Source: the human T2T-CHM13v2.0 reference genome, Homo sapiens
Strand: one strand, 5' to 3'
DNA length: 64,000 nucleotides
NCBI RefSeq assembly: GCF_009914755.1
Contig: NC_060928.1
Below are positions 1-11,830 of the stretch, piece after piece. How positions within the stretch are numbered: the first letter of the stretch is position 1; each line of letters starts with the position of its first letter. The notes beneath the pieces were generated by a model. It made no database searches. It was not told the DNA's origin and saw only the letters and a program-made list of their open reading frames with translations. Made by a program: the position numbers and the translations under genes.

Positions 1-1409
1 ATCTCTGAATGCTTAGAATTTTGCCAAAATTTAAGGAAGCACATCATGGACCTACAAAAGTTTTTACTCGTCGTTCTTCACCACACCTAGTGTCTAGCCA
101 TCCTACCATTTCATTGGCACTCAGCCCTCCCTCATCACACCTTGCCTGCCTCCGGGTCCTTATTTCTAGAGATTTTTTTCTTTGGCTAATCAATTTCCCA
201 AGTAAAATAATTTTTCAGTCTTCTGCCTGAAGTTTATTAGTCTAGCTATCAATACTTTTGGAGCTTAGTGGGCAAGGAAATAAAGAGGTCTCCCTTTTCA
301 TTATGCAATTTTCATTTTATCTCTCTTTTTATTATAGTGCTTTACTTCTGTCCTCTAACATACCTGACTATGTTTCTAATCTTTCTATCTCAAGTTTTCT
401 ATAAACTTTACACATTATAGGCTGCAAATGGAGCAAATACCACTTCATTATGAGAGAGAGAGAGAAAATGGTAGTGTCTTAGCTTTTTGTAAAGATATAT
501 AACTAATTTATCTTCTTTATCTCCACACCCTCAGCCCCACAATAAGAAGTTGGTGGCTGCAATTGTTAAGTATTCCTGAGATTATGCAACTTGAATTTTG
601 TGCAAGATTCCCACCACTGCCAACCTTCACATTTATATTTTAGCTTCTCTGCTCTGCTAAGCCAGGTACTAATGGTTTGTTGCTTTCCTTCCTTAAATAT
701 CATTGATATTATTCATCTCCTGTCATCTCATCTTGTATTCTCACTGAACCTGTATGTTTAAATAATTTTTGTTAATTATCTTTCTGCAAGTCTTTAAGAG
801 CTGTTAGAAATACACATGTGTATTCAATTATCCAAATGTACCCAGACAAAGCATCTATTTGGATTTTATTTTCTAATCCAATTTCATGGGGTTTGTATTT
901 TAGCACTGATATTTATTTTCCTAATTGTATTGTGTCATTAACTCATGACATGAAGTCTTCTGCTGACATACTCTGTGTTCACTGTTTACCAGCTCTGCTA
1001 ACTCCATGTTCCCAGCTGATTTAGTTACAGAGCAGTTCTAGGATCAGAAAAGAACAGTCTGAGATAGTGTACAGCATTGTCTAACTCTTTCTGCAGATAT
1101 TGATGTAACATGGGCTGTTTAATGGTGTAATCTCCACTGTACAGTTGCTATTGATCTCTTCCAGTGAGTCAACATGTACTTGGTTTATTCTGAAGTCATT
1201 TAAACAATAGAGGAAGACTAGAGATTTCACAGTCAAATTACATCCTTTAGTCTATTACTAATATGCAAAAGAGCAATGTTTAATATTCTATACACTCTTC
1301 ACTTAGCTGTCAAGACTGGCTAATGGAGTTCTCTGATAAGAATCATAAATTAAAATTAAGATTGGATGCTGTGTGGTCGTCGTTAACCTTGCTCTATTCA
1401 TGTAACAAT

Positions 1410-1566
1410 AAAAAGGCTGTTAAGAATAAGGCTCTGAAGCCAGACTACAAGTGTTACAATTCTGACTATGTCACTTACTTGTATGCAATTTTGGGCAAAT
1501 TTCCTAATCTCTTGGGCTTTAATTTCTTCTTCTTTAAAATGTAAATAATAGTGCCTCTCAGGGTAG
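1410..1566 (+). mobile_element. MIR SINE fragment
   Basis: tcacttacttgtatgcaattttgggcaaatttcctaatctcttgggctttaatttcttcttctttaaaatg resembles the MIR core; it ends where the L1MA element starts. Confidence 0.65.
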
Positions 1567-1569
1567 GGG

Positions 1570-4500
1570 TTGGGGTGTGATGTCAGTAGGATGGCAGAAT
1601 AGGAGGCTACTGACTGTCTCTCCTCCCACAGACTCAGTAAATAAACATCTACACACGGATCAATTCTCTTCGAGAAAAAGCCACAGACTAGTTTGAGAGA
1701 GTCCTCCACGCAGTACAGCTGATAAAATATTCACAGCAAAAGATAGAAAAATCTGATAAACCCTTGCACACAAAACCCACCTCAGACTCAGCACCTTGCA
1801 ATTGGAAAAGAACCCTCAACTCCCAGTTTCTCCTTGAGGAGTAAAGAGTTTTGGCCGCACATACAGAACCCCAACTTTTATGGATTTTACCAGGGGATCT
1901 GACTCTTAAATCACCTGTCTCTAGAAGTGGAATGGACATGGCATTATGAGTTTCCTCGATCCTCAGGGAACGAGGAGGTGATTTTGAATGGGCATATTAA
2001 CACTTCTCTTCTAGCAGCTATTTCCCTCAGGATCAGTCCAGAGAGAATGCCCAGATCCCAATTTCCCTTTACTTGCACACTATTCCAGCTGCTGCCCCTG
2101 GGTTGAACTTCTGGCTAGCTTACATCTGAGAGCCAATGGGGCAGATAAACACTAGACCTCCATACATCTGAATGAGAGTGTGGCTACTTCCCTCACCTTC
2201 TTCCCAGGTTTGCTCTAGCAAAAAAGCAAGGGCTGCAGATTTTCTTTGGAAAGAGTGTGCACACATTGAGACTTGCAACTTTTGCAGCTCCCATCCTAAA
2301 GCTTGGCTCCTGAATCAGCTAGCTCTGAGAGTTGATGTAGCTCTATATTCCTGAGTTTTCCTAGATCACAGAGACAAAGGCATGGTTTGGGTGCATATCA
2401 AATAGCTATTCTCCCCAGGTCCAGAGTGTGCCGTATGAATGAAAACACAGGGATTTGCTTCAGATTTTCTCCCTGGGTTAGTGCAGAGTGAGTTAGAATT
2501 AAACTCTAGCTGTCAGTTATCTTTTTCCTGAAGATAGAAGGAACTGGAGCACACAAAGCACTCCAGCCTATCCAGCTGCATCTCAAGGGACTGGCTTCTA
2601 TCGTGCTTGTCTCCACACACTGATAGGACTTGCCACATTCTAATCTCCTAGGGCAACTAATAAAAATTGCAATGATTTGAACTAGCACAAAAATTTGAGA
2701 GTAACCTAGGATCTCTTGCAAGGCTGATTGCTGAAGTCTATTCTTACATGATGCCAATCTGACAAAACTGGGAGAAGTGATTATCTAACATGTATAAACC
2801 AACATGGAGAGTCGGCCAAAATGAAGAAACAGTGAAATATTTTCCAAATAAAAGAACAAGATAAATCCCCAAGAACCAACTCTAGTGAAATAAACGTATG
2901 TGACTTACCCAACAGGTAATACAAAAAATAGTCATAAAGATACTCACTGAGGTCCAGAAAAAAAGGCATGAACAAACTGATAATTTTAGCAAACATAAAG
3001 AAATACAAAAATAGACCAATCAAAATAATAGAGCTGAAGACTACAGTAACTGAACTGCAAAATTAATCAATGGTTCACAGAAAACTAGATCAAGCAGAGG
3101 AAAAACCAGTAAACTCAATGAGAAATTCATTGGGAATCATCTAATCTGAGGAGCAAAATTTTATAAAAGAATTAAAAATAGTAAAGATGCTTAAGGGATA
3201 TTTACAGTATACAATCAAGGTAACAGTGTATGAATTATTAAAGTAATAGAAGGAGAACAAAGGGAAAAAGGGACAGAAAGCTTGTTTTAAAAAATAATGG
3301 CTGACAACTCTCAATCTCAGGACAGGAAATATAAAACAAAATCCAAGAAGCCCAGAGGATACCACATAAGTTGAATCCAATGAGATCCACATTGAGACAC
3401 ATTATAATCAAATTGTCAAAAGTTAAAGACAAAGTATGTATTTTGAAAGTAGCAAGAGAAAAATGACTTGTTACAGATAAAGAAGCCCCTATTAGACTGT
3501 CGGCAGATTTTTTAGCAGAAACCTTGCAGGTCAAAGGGAGTGGAATGATATGTTCAAAGTGCTGAAAGAGAAAGAAATGCCAATAGAGAAGACTATACTC
3601 AGAAGTCCTGTTCTTTGAAAATTAAGGGGAGCAAAAGATTTTTTCAGATAAAAGCTGAGGGAGTTTATCATTGTTAGATCTGCCTTATAAGAAATACTAG
3701 AGTGAGTTTTATGACCAAGTGGGATTTACCCCTGGGATGCGAGGTTGGTTAAATATACCTGCCAAAATAATATGATAAACCACATTAACAGATTGAAAGA
3801 TGAAAATCACATGATAATCTTAATAGATGCAGAAAAAGCATTTAATAAAGTTCAACTTCATGATAAAAACTCTCAAACAAGTATAGAAAGAAATTTCCTC
3901 AATATAATAAAGGCCATTTGTGAAAATCTTACAACTAATATAATCAATAGTAACAACAACAACAAAACTAATAGCTTTATCTCTAAGATCTTATTGGAAA
4001 ACAATTTTGATTGCTTTTTATTATCTATTTCTATTTTCTCTAGCTGTTTCTATTCAGCATAGTGCTGGAAGTTTTAGCCAGATCAATGAGGCAAGAGAAA
4101 GAAATAAAAGGCATCCAGATGAGGAAGGAAGATATTAAAGTCTCTCTGTTTGCTGGTGACATGATCTAATATGTAGAAAACTCTAACAACTCCACCAAAA
4201 AACCTGTTAGAACTAATAAACAATAAAATTGGATGGTAAAAAATCAAAATACAATACTCAGTAGTGTTTCTATACACTAACAATTACTCTGAAAAAACAA
4301 ACCAAGAAAACAATCCCATAACAACAAAAATAAAAATCCTTAGAAATAAATTTAACTAAGGAGATAAAAAAAATCTGTAGACTGAAAAGTATTAAACATC
4401 GAAAAAATAAATTGAAGAAGACACAAATATGTAAAAGGATATTCCATGTCCATAGATTGATTGAAAGAATTAATATTGTTAAAATGTCAACACTACCCAA

Positions 4501-6148
4501 TGTTGTCAACAGATTCAATGAACTCTATAAGAACGTCAATATTTTTTCTCAGAAACAGAAAAAATAATCCTAAAATTTGTATGTAACCACATAGAACCCC
4601 AAATAGCTGAAATAATCTTAAGAAAGAAAAATAAAGTTGAAAACATCACAGTTCCTGATTTCAAATTATACTATAAACTTATAATAACCAAAACAACTTG
4701 ACACTGGCATAAAAACAGCCACATATGCTGATGGAACAGAATAGAGCACACAGAAATAAACATAAGCACATATTGGCAACGAATTTTTGAAAAAAAAAAT
4801 AGCAAAAAGAGACAATGGAGATAGGATGGTCTCTCCAATAAATGGTGTTAGAAAAACTATGCAACCACGTGCAAAAGAATGAAATGGGACTCTTCTTTTA
4901 CACCATACACAGAAATCAACTAAACATGGTTTAAAGACCTAAAGGTAGACCTGAAACCATAAAACTCTTAGGAGAATACATAAAGTTAAACCTCCTTGAC
5001 GCCGGCCTTGGCATTTTTTTTTTATTTTACACAGAAGGTACTTGAAACAAAAGCAAAATTAGACAAATTGAACTATCTCTAACTAAAAAGCTTCTACATA
5101 GCAAAACAATCAACAAAATGAAAACGTACACTATGAACTGGGAGAAAATATTTGTGAACCATACAGCTGATAGGTGTTAATATCCAAAATATATAAGGAT
5201 ATTAACCACAAATCACCTCTGTAGCAAAAATATAAGTAAATTGATTACAAATGGTGCAACGAACTTGAATAGAGGTTTTTTGAAGACAACATATAACTAG
5301 CCAGGAGGTATATGAAAACATGCTCAACATCACAATGACAAAATATACAAATGAAAACCACAGTGAACCATTGATTCACATGGTGGAAATGTAAATTTAT
5401 TATTAAAAACAGTATAGAATTTTCTAAAAACTTAAAAATAGAACTCCCACATGATACAGAAATTTTACTTGCAGATATATAGCCAAAGGAAATAAAATCA
5501 GCAGCTTGTAGAGCTATTTGCACTCCCACGTTCATTGCTGCATTACTCACAATAGGCACAATATGGAAACAACACAATTGTCAGTCCACAGGTGAATGAA
5601 TAATGAAACTGTGGTATATATAACACAATGGAATATTAGTCAGCCTTAATAAAGAAGGAAATACTGCCATTTGCGTCAACATGGAGGAAAGTGGAGGACA
5701 TTATGCCGAGTGAAATAAGCCAGACACAGTAGGAAAAATACTGCATTATTTCACTTCTATATGTGGAATCAAGAAAAAGTCCAATACATAGTAAGGGAGA
5801 GTAGAAAGGTAGTTACCAGGGGCAGGGAGGGGAAAAAATGATGATATGTAAGTTAAAGGGTGGAAACTCGACATTATGTATGATGAATATGCCTAAAACC
5901 TAAATATAAATATGCCTAAAAACTATGCACATCAGAAGGACTATAATTAATATTCTATTGTATATTGAAAATGTGCAAAAAGATTAGATTTTAGGAGCTT
6001 TTAATACATACACACACAACTATGGAAAGTGATAGATATATTAATTTGCTTATTTGTAGTAACTATTTTAGTATGTGTGTATATATATATATATATAAGC
6101 ACCACGTTGTACACCTTAAATATATAAAATGAAAAATAAATTTTAAAA
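1570..6148 (+). mobile_element. Old LINE-1 (L1MA8-like) with 5'UTR, ORF1 remnant, internal deletion, ORF2 RT/C-terminal remnant and 3'UTR
   Basis: 5' end gatgtcagtaggatggcagaataggagg; ORF1-like sequence ~2800-3700; atgaccaagtgggatttacccctgggatg (DQVGF-PGM) at 3711; ORF 3745-4062 HMIILIDAEKAFNKVQ; FAGDM in place of FADDM; L1MA-type 3'UTR ending cacgttgtacaccttaaatatata plus A-rich tail. Confidence 0.88.
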
Positions 6149-7023
6149 TCTCCTTCCTCCTTTTATTTTTTAAGACAAATAATTAAATATTTAATTAAAC
6201 TATGTCCTTAGAGGATAACAGATCTCTAGTATTAGCAGTAGTAGTAGTACTAGTGGAGTAGTATTAAATGGGAAAAGAGTTCAAAGCTGGTAGCTAGGCA
6301 GCTTAAGAAAACTTCAAATTTGGCTGTCAGCTGAGGAAATCATATTTTCAGAAGAAAAAAACATTTTTTTTCTTCTTTGAGGTCATCATCAAACATTTCA
6401 AATTTCTAAACACTTCAGTAATATTGGAAACTCTTCATGTACTCTGGTAGGGACTGTTTTCAAATGGATTCTTTAAAGACAGTAAAAGTTTTTCCTTTCC
6501 TGGAAGCATTTAAGGAGGAGAGGGGAGATAAAGATGGAAGAGTAAAATCCTCTGTGTCCTCTAATAGTAAATTCTTTCTTTGTTATATTGCACTTCCTTT
6601 GAATAGCAGATTCATATTAAATAATATGACTCACAAACTCAAATGTTCTCAGACAATATATACAGCTTGGAGAAGGTTACATTATTACTTATGATCTAGA
6701 GATCATTGTACCTTGTGTTTTTTCCATATTTTCTTACACTTATGTTCTTAAAAACTATACCCAGGTTTGTCTTATTATTAGTGGAAGTAGTGATTTGGTC
6801 CAGAAAGGACAAGAGAATTTATATAATAGGAGCTTAGGGATTTAGAATGCTTTAGCTTTAAACAATTGTTAAAATGCATACCTGATTGCATTTTATCCCC
6901 TCTCTCTCTCATTTGTACACACAAACACACAAGTGTGTGTATATGTGGCATTTTTCTCAATGTCTTTTCAAATGCCTCTATTATTCTGCAGATGAGAAAA
7001 AATGATACACAGAAAGTATCAAA

Positions 7024-7538
7024 TGTTGTGGACATGCTAATGCCCTGACCCTCACCCATCCCCACCAAAGTTATTCTTAACCTAATTCCTGTAACCTGTG
7101 AAAATTTTATCTTACATGACAAAGGAGACTTTGCAGATATGATTACGTAAAGGATCTTAAGATGGAGAAATTATCCTTGATTGCCCAGGTGGGCCCAACA
7201 TAATCAAAAGGATATTTATAAGTGGAAATAAAAAGCAAAGGAGTCTATGTTGGAGTGGTGTAGCGTGAAAAAGATTTAACTGGCCAATGCTGGCTTTGAA
7301 AATGGAAAAAGGGATTATGGCCACAAAATGCAGGCAGCATAGAGAAGCTAGAAAATGAAAGAGAATGGCTTCTCTTCTAGAGCTTCCAGGAGATTAGCCC
7401 TGGAAATATGCTGATTTTTAGCATTGTCAAATCCACTTCAGACTTCTGAACTCTACAAATGTCTATTAATAAATTTGTGTCATTTTAAAGTATTAAATTT
7501 ATGGTAATTTGTTACAACAGCATTAGGAACTTAATTCA
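7024..7538 (+). mobile_element. MaLR solo LTR (MLT1D-like)
   Basis: gactttgcagatatgattacgtaaaggatcttaagatggagaaattatccttgattgcccaggtgggcccaa and the terminal ggtaatttgttacaacagcattaggaacttaattca match MLT1D. Confidence 0.8.
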
Positions 7539-8229
7539 ATAAATGATTAGTCTAAAGCTTTATAAATATAGGCAGACACAATACTTCAAATCTATGGATT
7601 ACCAGTCTAGTGCTGTCATACCATAACAAAATATCTCTAATACAGATAGAATTCTATAGCTTATAATTTATATATGAGAAGTACAGATTAAAAATGTTCT
7701 TGGAAAAAAGTATATACACAGCAATATATATTTAACTGTTTACACCCTGTCTTTTTAAAAACACTACTAACTTAGGGTAGAATAGTTAAATGATACTATA
7801 GATTACACATAATGTTGTACATAGGTCCAGATATAAGCACAACCCCCAATTAATTTAAGACAGATTCCGGATTTACCTGTGACTAGTTACAAAAACTGAT
7901 TAATTCAATGGGTCTAGATACTTCTATTTTCTTACCATCATTATACTTACTTTTTTTCCCAATTTTATTCTCTTGTTTGCTTCGCCAACCTCAATTTACT
8001 TTGTTCTTGCTGTTCACTGAGAATTAGGTTTAGATGTATTTTGTATGTAAAAAGTTGGCTGTGTGGATATTAAATTCATCTCGCATGAATTTCTTAGTCC
8101 ATCCCCATTCTCATAGCAGCAACTACCTCTGCTTCCCTTCTTTAATAAAGTCTCCTGGAAATGAGTCTCTCTGCTCTGACAGGGTTAGTGGCGCCATCTT
8201 TGTGGTTGATCCAGTTCTCCTTTAGAAAC

Positions 8230-8670
8230 TGGCTATTAATCTCCCTGCTCTTCGCTGGCATTTTAATTCTCTCCCTCTTGTATATTCTCTTTCTTCTGCT
8301 TTAAAATATGGCACATTTTCCCACATCTCCTATCATAAAAAAAACTCTGTCACCTTTTATGATACTACCCTATAAATCTCTTGCCTTCATCGTATCATTT
8401 TGAAAGAGTGGTCTACAACTTATTTTGCTACTAACTTAAGTTTAGGTTTTAAAAATATATTACCCGCATTCGTTTTATAAATAAAGGAAATCCGAATTCA
8501 ATGTCCAATTCACTCTTAAGATAATAAGAACCCTGAACTAACCATAAGGGTGTTTTGGTAAACATACTGAAACGGGGCACCTAATTACAAATTCAATGTT
8601 TCCTTTGCAGTCTTCATTCTGCTTGAAATATTGACAGCACTTGACATATTAATTACACATTATTACTGCT
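8230..8670 (+). mobile_element. L2 LINE ORF2 (RT) fragment
   Basis: gtcttcattctgcttgaaatattgacagcacttgacatattaattacac is a degenerate version of the L2 ILLDLSAAFDTVDH motif. Confidence 0.5.
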
Positions 8671-8764
8671 TATAAACCTATTATTTAGCATCTAGATACT
8701 TGTTAAGCTAGGAGAGTTTTGTAATCATTGACTCCTTCCAATTCCCAAAGCCCAATATTCAATC

Positions 8765-9950
8765 AATCACTAGTCATACCTGATCAGAAAGTATAACAGA
8801 GTATAAATTTTCAAGTAAAAAAATGTAAATAGAAATTATTCAAAAAAGTGTAGGGAAAAGAAGGGATGTGATGTTGCTTGGATGAATAATGCAAAAGCAC
8901 AAAGAGAAATACAATTATAGAGTCCAGGAACCTGGTGCAACTTGGGCTTTTTCTGCCGAAGTCTGTGCTCCAAATCAGTTCTGATGCTGCCAGGATGCCT
9001 TCATAGAAACTTTGAAGCCTTGACTACAGAGGTCACAGTCTCCTCCAAAACCCAGAAAAGAGTCACTTCTCTTCTACTTTGTACATATTCAGATCTCCTA
9101 CTAGTGCCTCCCATTGGCAGTTCACAACTAGAAGTAAGTTGGCAAAAAGCTTGAAAAATATAATTTGTGTGATCCCAGATTCTTACAAACAGTAAAGGGC
9201 CCTAGTGATTGGGAGAAGTAGGGAACGTAGAACCCAGGTTGCTTGGAAAAGTTTAGGGGGCAAAAAAAAAAAAGGAATATAAAGTCGTTCAGGGTAAAAT
9301 ACTACTCTCCACTTCTAACCCAGGCAGATCATTTTATAGACTGCTCAAGATGAAAGAGTTGGGAGCAAAAAGGCATATGACACACACAATCAATCACTCA
9401 CTATTACTCATCGCTTATTCATGTCTCTTCTTCCAATCACAACACTTGTTTCTCTTTATATTCTAGATTGTATGCAATAATAAGATATCATGCTTCCCTT
9501 TAAAGTGATGCAACTGTGGTTTGCATAAGACACTATCTCCCTCTTCCAAAGCAGATAGGCATAGTGTCATTACCCTCTATATTAGCTCTGACCATGTTAA
9601 TTCCCCTTTGAGTTCACTTACAATTCCAACCTGAATATTTTGTAATGCAAATTTGTAAAGATAACATCAACATTGACTCTATGGAAATAAAATTAGGGAG
9701 TGGAGGGTGAAAGGATTTAATGGTTTATACATATGTGTATGTTGCTTCAGCTCATTTCTGAATGGACCATAGTTGTTTGCTGCTTCATTCTTCCACTGCC
9801 TATTCCATGTTGCTGTTTTCCTCAGTCAGTATTTCAGCTATTTGGTGTTAATCACCTGTTGGAGTCACAAAATTTTTATTCCTAAAGCTTTCAGTCATTA
9901 CTGATTTTTGCTGTAGAGGACTATGAAAGTGACTAAAGGCTGATCTCACC
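8765..9950 (-). mobile_element. ERVL-class provirus 3' fragment (LTR16/33-type LTR plus pol C-terminal internal remnant)
   Basis: Minus-strand gccaatgggaggcactagtaggagatc is a CCAAT-box LTR motif (~9090-9118); minus-strand ~9767-9838 translates AEILTEENSNME*AVEE*SSKQLW, similar to the ERVL pol C-terminus. Confidence 0.5.
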
Positions 9951-9954
9951 AGCT

Positions 9955-10898
9955 TGCAAAGTTATGATTATTCTGCAACCAATAAAATTTTTTGCCAGAA
10001 CATTTTAAAACTCTCAATTTTGCTTATAAACATATAGAAAACTGAAAAAAATAAAAATAACGTGTTTAATACATCATAATTTAAAACATTCGATACATTG
10101 AGAATTAAAGTGTTTTATTTCTTTGTAAAATCTCATCAAGAGCAGTTTGAACAGTGCTTGCCTTCCTCTCATTACATAATTTAGAGATGGAGTGGTCATC
10201 TTATCTATGTCTTGGTAAATTGTCATACTTCTTTTTGGGTTTGTCTCAGCTTACAGAATTTTATATTTTACACTTTCAATGTCATGGGATATCTCTGAAA
10301 GTTCTTTTAATACGGAACTTCCCCAGGGATATCATCATACTTTTCATCACTTTCCTTTTTGTATAAGTTACTTCACCTTTGCTGTGTATTCCTCTGTCCA
10401 CATATTCAGGGTCTTTCCCATGGCAGTAGCGTCAATATTCAGGTATTTCTTCTTTAACTGTAGTGATGTCTTATTCAATTTTCCAGGGATATCACTTTTT
10501 ATTCCTTTGTTACACTTTCATCTAAGCTGGCCAGTTCCCTCTTAATTATCAATTGTTGTCAATATCCAAATAGGTTTATCACTGGGAGGCAAAGAGGCAA
10601 TGTAACTATTTTCTTTCCTGTCTGAACATGAACTACATAAGAGTTTCATTGACCAAACATCAATAGACTTTGAAAAAAGTAACATGACTGGTCACTGATC
10701 ATAATGTCCATCTGTTATTTACATAGTTATTTGTGAATTGAAGAACTAGCAGTGAAGATTATATGTCATACAATTACTCAAAGTTAGTATGCCATGGTTC
10801 TCGGAATTTGAACTGTGTTGTTAGGGGACTGGTGTTTAAGTAAACCATGGTGACTGAAATTTGTGCATATTGAAGCCATACAAAGTGAGGACAATCTG
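9955..10898 (-). mobile_element. Tigger/pogo-type DNA transposon, internally deleted, one end lost
   Basis: Terminal caaagtgaggacaatctg followed by TA (10899-10900); minus-strand transposase C-terminal remnant KASTVQTALDE; subfamily not assigned. Confidence 0.7.
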
Positions 10899-11324
10899 TA
10901 CATATTGCTTCCATTTAACAATGGAATGCTGTGGCACATCACGTTATTTATGACTTTCTGTATCAGACAACACCCAGTTCATAAAGAGCAGTCCAGTTTG
11001 CAGAATTTTAGATTCCTGCTCGGGCCCAATGACAAGCCAAAAGCTTTTTCTTAAAAATAGAATAGTTATTTGCATAAAATTCACAGTTTTGCTCAAAATC
11101 CTAGAGCTCTGACATATTGAGACTTGCTAGAGACTCTATACAACTCCCTAAAATCTTCCATTTGCCTTCTTTTCTGTAACTCCACAGTCTTGCATTGTTT
11201 CCACATGCTGACAATTTTAGTGCAGTATCTCTTAATTTGCGACTTTAAAAGAAAGGCCAGCCTCCTAAAGATGTTCTCTGCCTGCAATATTTTCAACTCT
11301 CATATTTACAACATAGTGGAGTAT

Positions 11325-11830
11325 ATAAAATGAAAATCTGACCATGTAAATTTTCTGCATAAAATCTGTCAATGTTTCCTTATAACTGTTAGGACAAAAC
11401 CAAACTTCCTTAGCATAGAATAGAGGGATGACCATCGTATGACTTCTCTTTAATTTGTTTAGTCTCACCTCTACCCAGCCCCCTTTCCTAGATTCTATGA
11501 TCCATTTACTCTGAACAACCTAAGGGTACCTAAATGAATTCTGATTTTCTTACTCCTAATGTTTCCTTATGGGGCTCTCACTCTTTCAAACCTCCAGCTT
11601 TACCTGCACAATGTTTTTTAACAATAATCCTGATAACACGTCTTTGGGCATGCCTTCTATGACCCACCTAGTTGGAATAATTATTGTCTCCTAATTAACT
11701 ATAACTATTTTAAAAATTTAGTTAATTTTGTTGTGCTTTATTTTTTACTTGCTTTATTCCCTACTTTTTTGTGTCTCCCTCTGCTTTTTGATAAGTAAAT
11801 ATATTTATTTTTGTCCCCTAAGGCTTAGTT
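11325..11830 (+). mobile_element. L2 3' fragment
   Basis: aaaatgaaaatctgaccatgtaaattttctgcataaaatctgtcaatgtttcc...aggacaaaaccaaacttccttagcat matches the L2 3' region. Confidence 0.6.
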
